A stretch of 63,755 nt of DNA, counting the filler, from Octopus bimaculoides (Eukaryota): assembly GCF_001194135.2 (NCBI RefSeq). It is 5 parts of 5 records of this genome, joined end to end, with 100 filler letters (N's around TTAATTAATTAA, not from the genome) between each part and the next. Parts side by side here need not be neighbours in the genome. Positions count along the whole stretch, not along the records: positions 62,338 to 63,755 come from NW_026305703.1; 4 more parts are not named here. One strand, 5' to 3'. The notes beneath the pieces were generated by a model that worked only from the letters and a program-made list of their open reading frames with translations, made no database searches and was not told the DNA's origin. A program made the position numbers and the translations under genes. Shown one piece after another: positions 63,323 through 63,755 of this stretch. Positions within the stretch are counted from its first letter, which is position 1. Every line of letters begins with the position of its first letter.

Positions 63323-63755
63323 ATGCCAGTGGAGCGCTAACAGCACCATCTGAGCAAGATCATTGCCAGAGCAGCTGTCTGGCTTCCGTGCCAGTGGCAT
63401 GTAAAAAGCACTATTTGAGCATGATCGTTACCAGCATCGCCTTACTGGCACTTGTGCCGGTGGCACATGAACAAAATATTCGAGCGAGGTCGTTGCTAGT
63501 GTCGCTGGACTGACTCCTGTGCAGGTGACACAGAAAAAACACCATTTGAGCGTGGCCGTTGCCAGTACCACCCAACCGGCCCTTGTGCCAGTGGCACGTA
63601 AGAGTGGTTGGCGTTAGAAAGGGCATCCAGCTGTAGAAACTCTGTCAGATCAGATTGGAGACTAATGCAGCCATCTGTTTCGCCAGTCCTCAGTCAAATT
63701 GTCCAACCCATGCCAGCATGGGAAGCGGACGTTAAACGATGATGATGATGATGAT
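63323..63755 (+). mobile_element. SINE-like retroposon with 65-66-bp internal tandem units and (GAT)n tail
   Basis: RTGCMRGTG unit starts at 63323, 63388, 63454, 63519 and 63585; 3' part GGCGTTAGAAAGGGCATCCAGCTGTAGAAAC...GGACGTTAAAC(GAT)n. Confidence 0.75.

Overview
AT-rich eukaryotic draft-assembly DNA with eight large N gaps, four artificial 100-bp N44-TTAATTAATTAA-N44 linkers and a very heavy microsatellite load. The SINE families and microsatellites look like octopus; this is my recognition of the repeats, not a database result. I found no host protein-coding gene I can support. Nearly all supplied ORFs are microsatellite translations, N runs or antisense to transposons. The window is a transposon graveyard: a young R4/Dong-clade non-LTR family, two other R4-type lineages, two mariner transposons (one full length with TIRs and Hsmar1-like), a Chapaev3-like transposase remnant, two Penelope-like fragments, a hAT MITE and many tRNA-derived SINEs. 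The most interesting observations are: (1) R4/Dong ends abutting (TAA)n arrays, one array apparently being a SINE tail; (2) a 218-bp near-perfect palindrome beside a Penelope fragment; (3) a minimal type I hammerhead-ribozyme-like motif downstream of a Penelope GIY-YIG domain; (4) a candidate recursive (zero-length exon) splice site plus a few candidate small exons, hinting that the window may be a giant intron of a + strand gene. Coordinates of degenerate repeats are approximate to about 10-20 bp.
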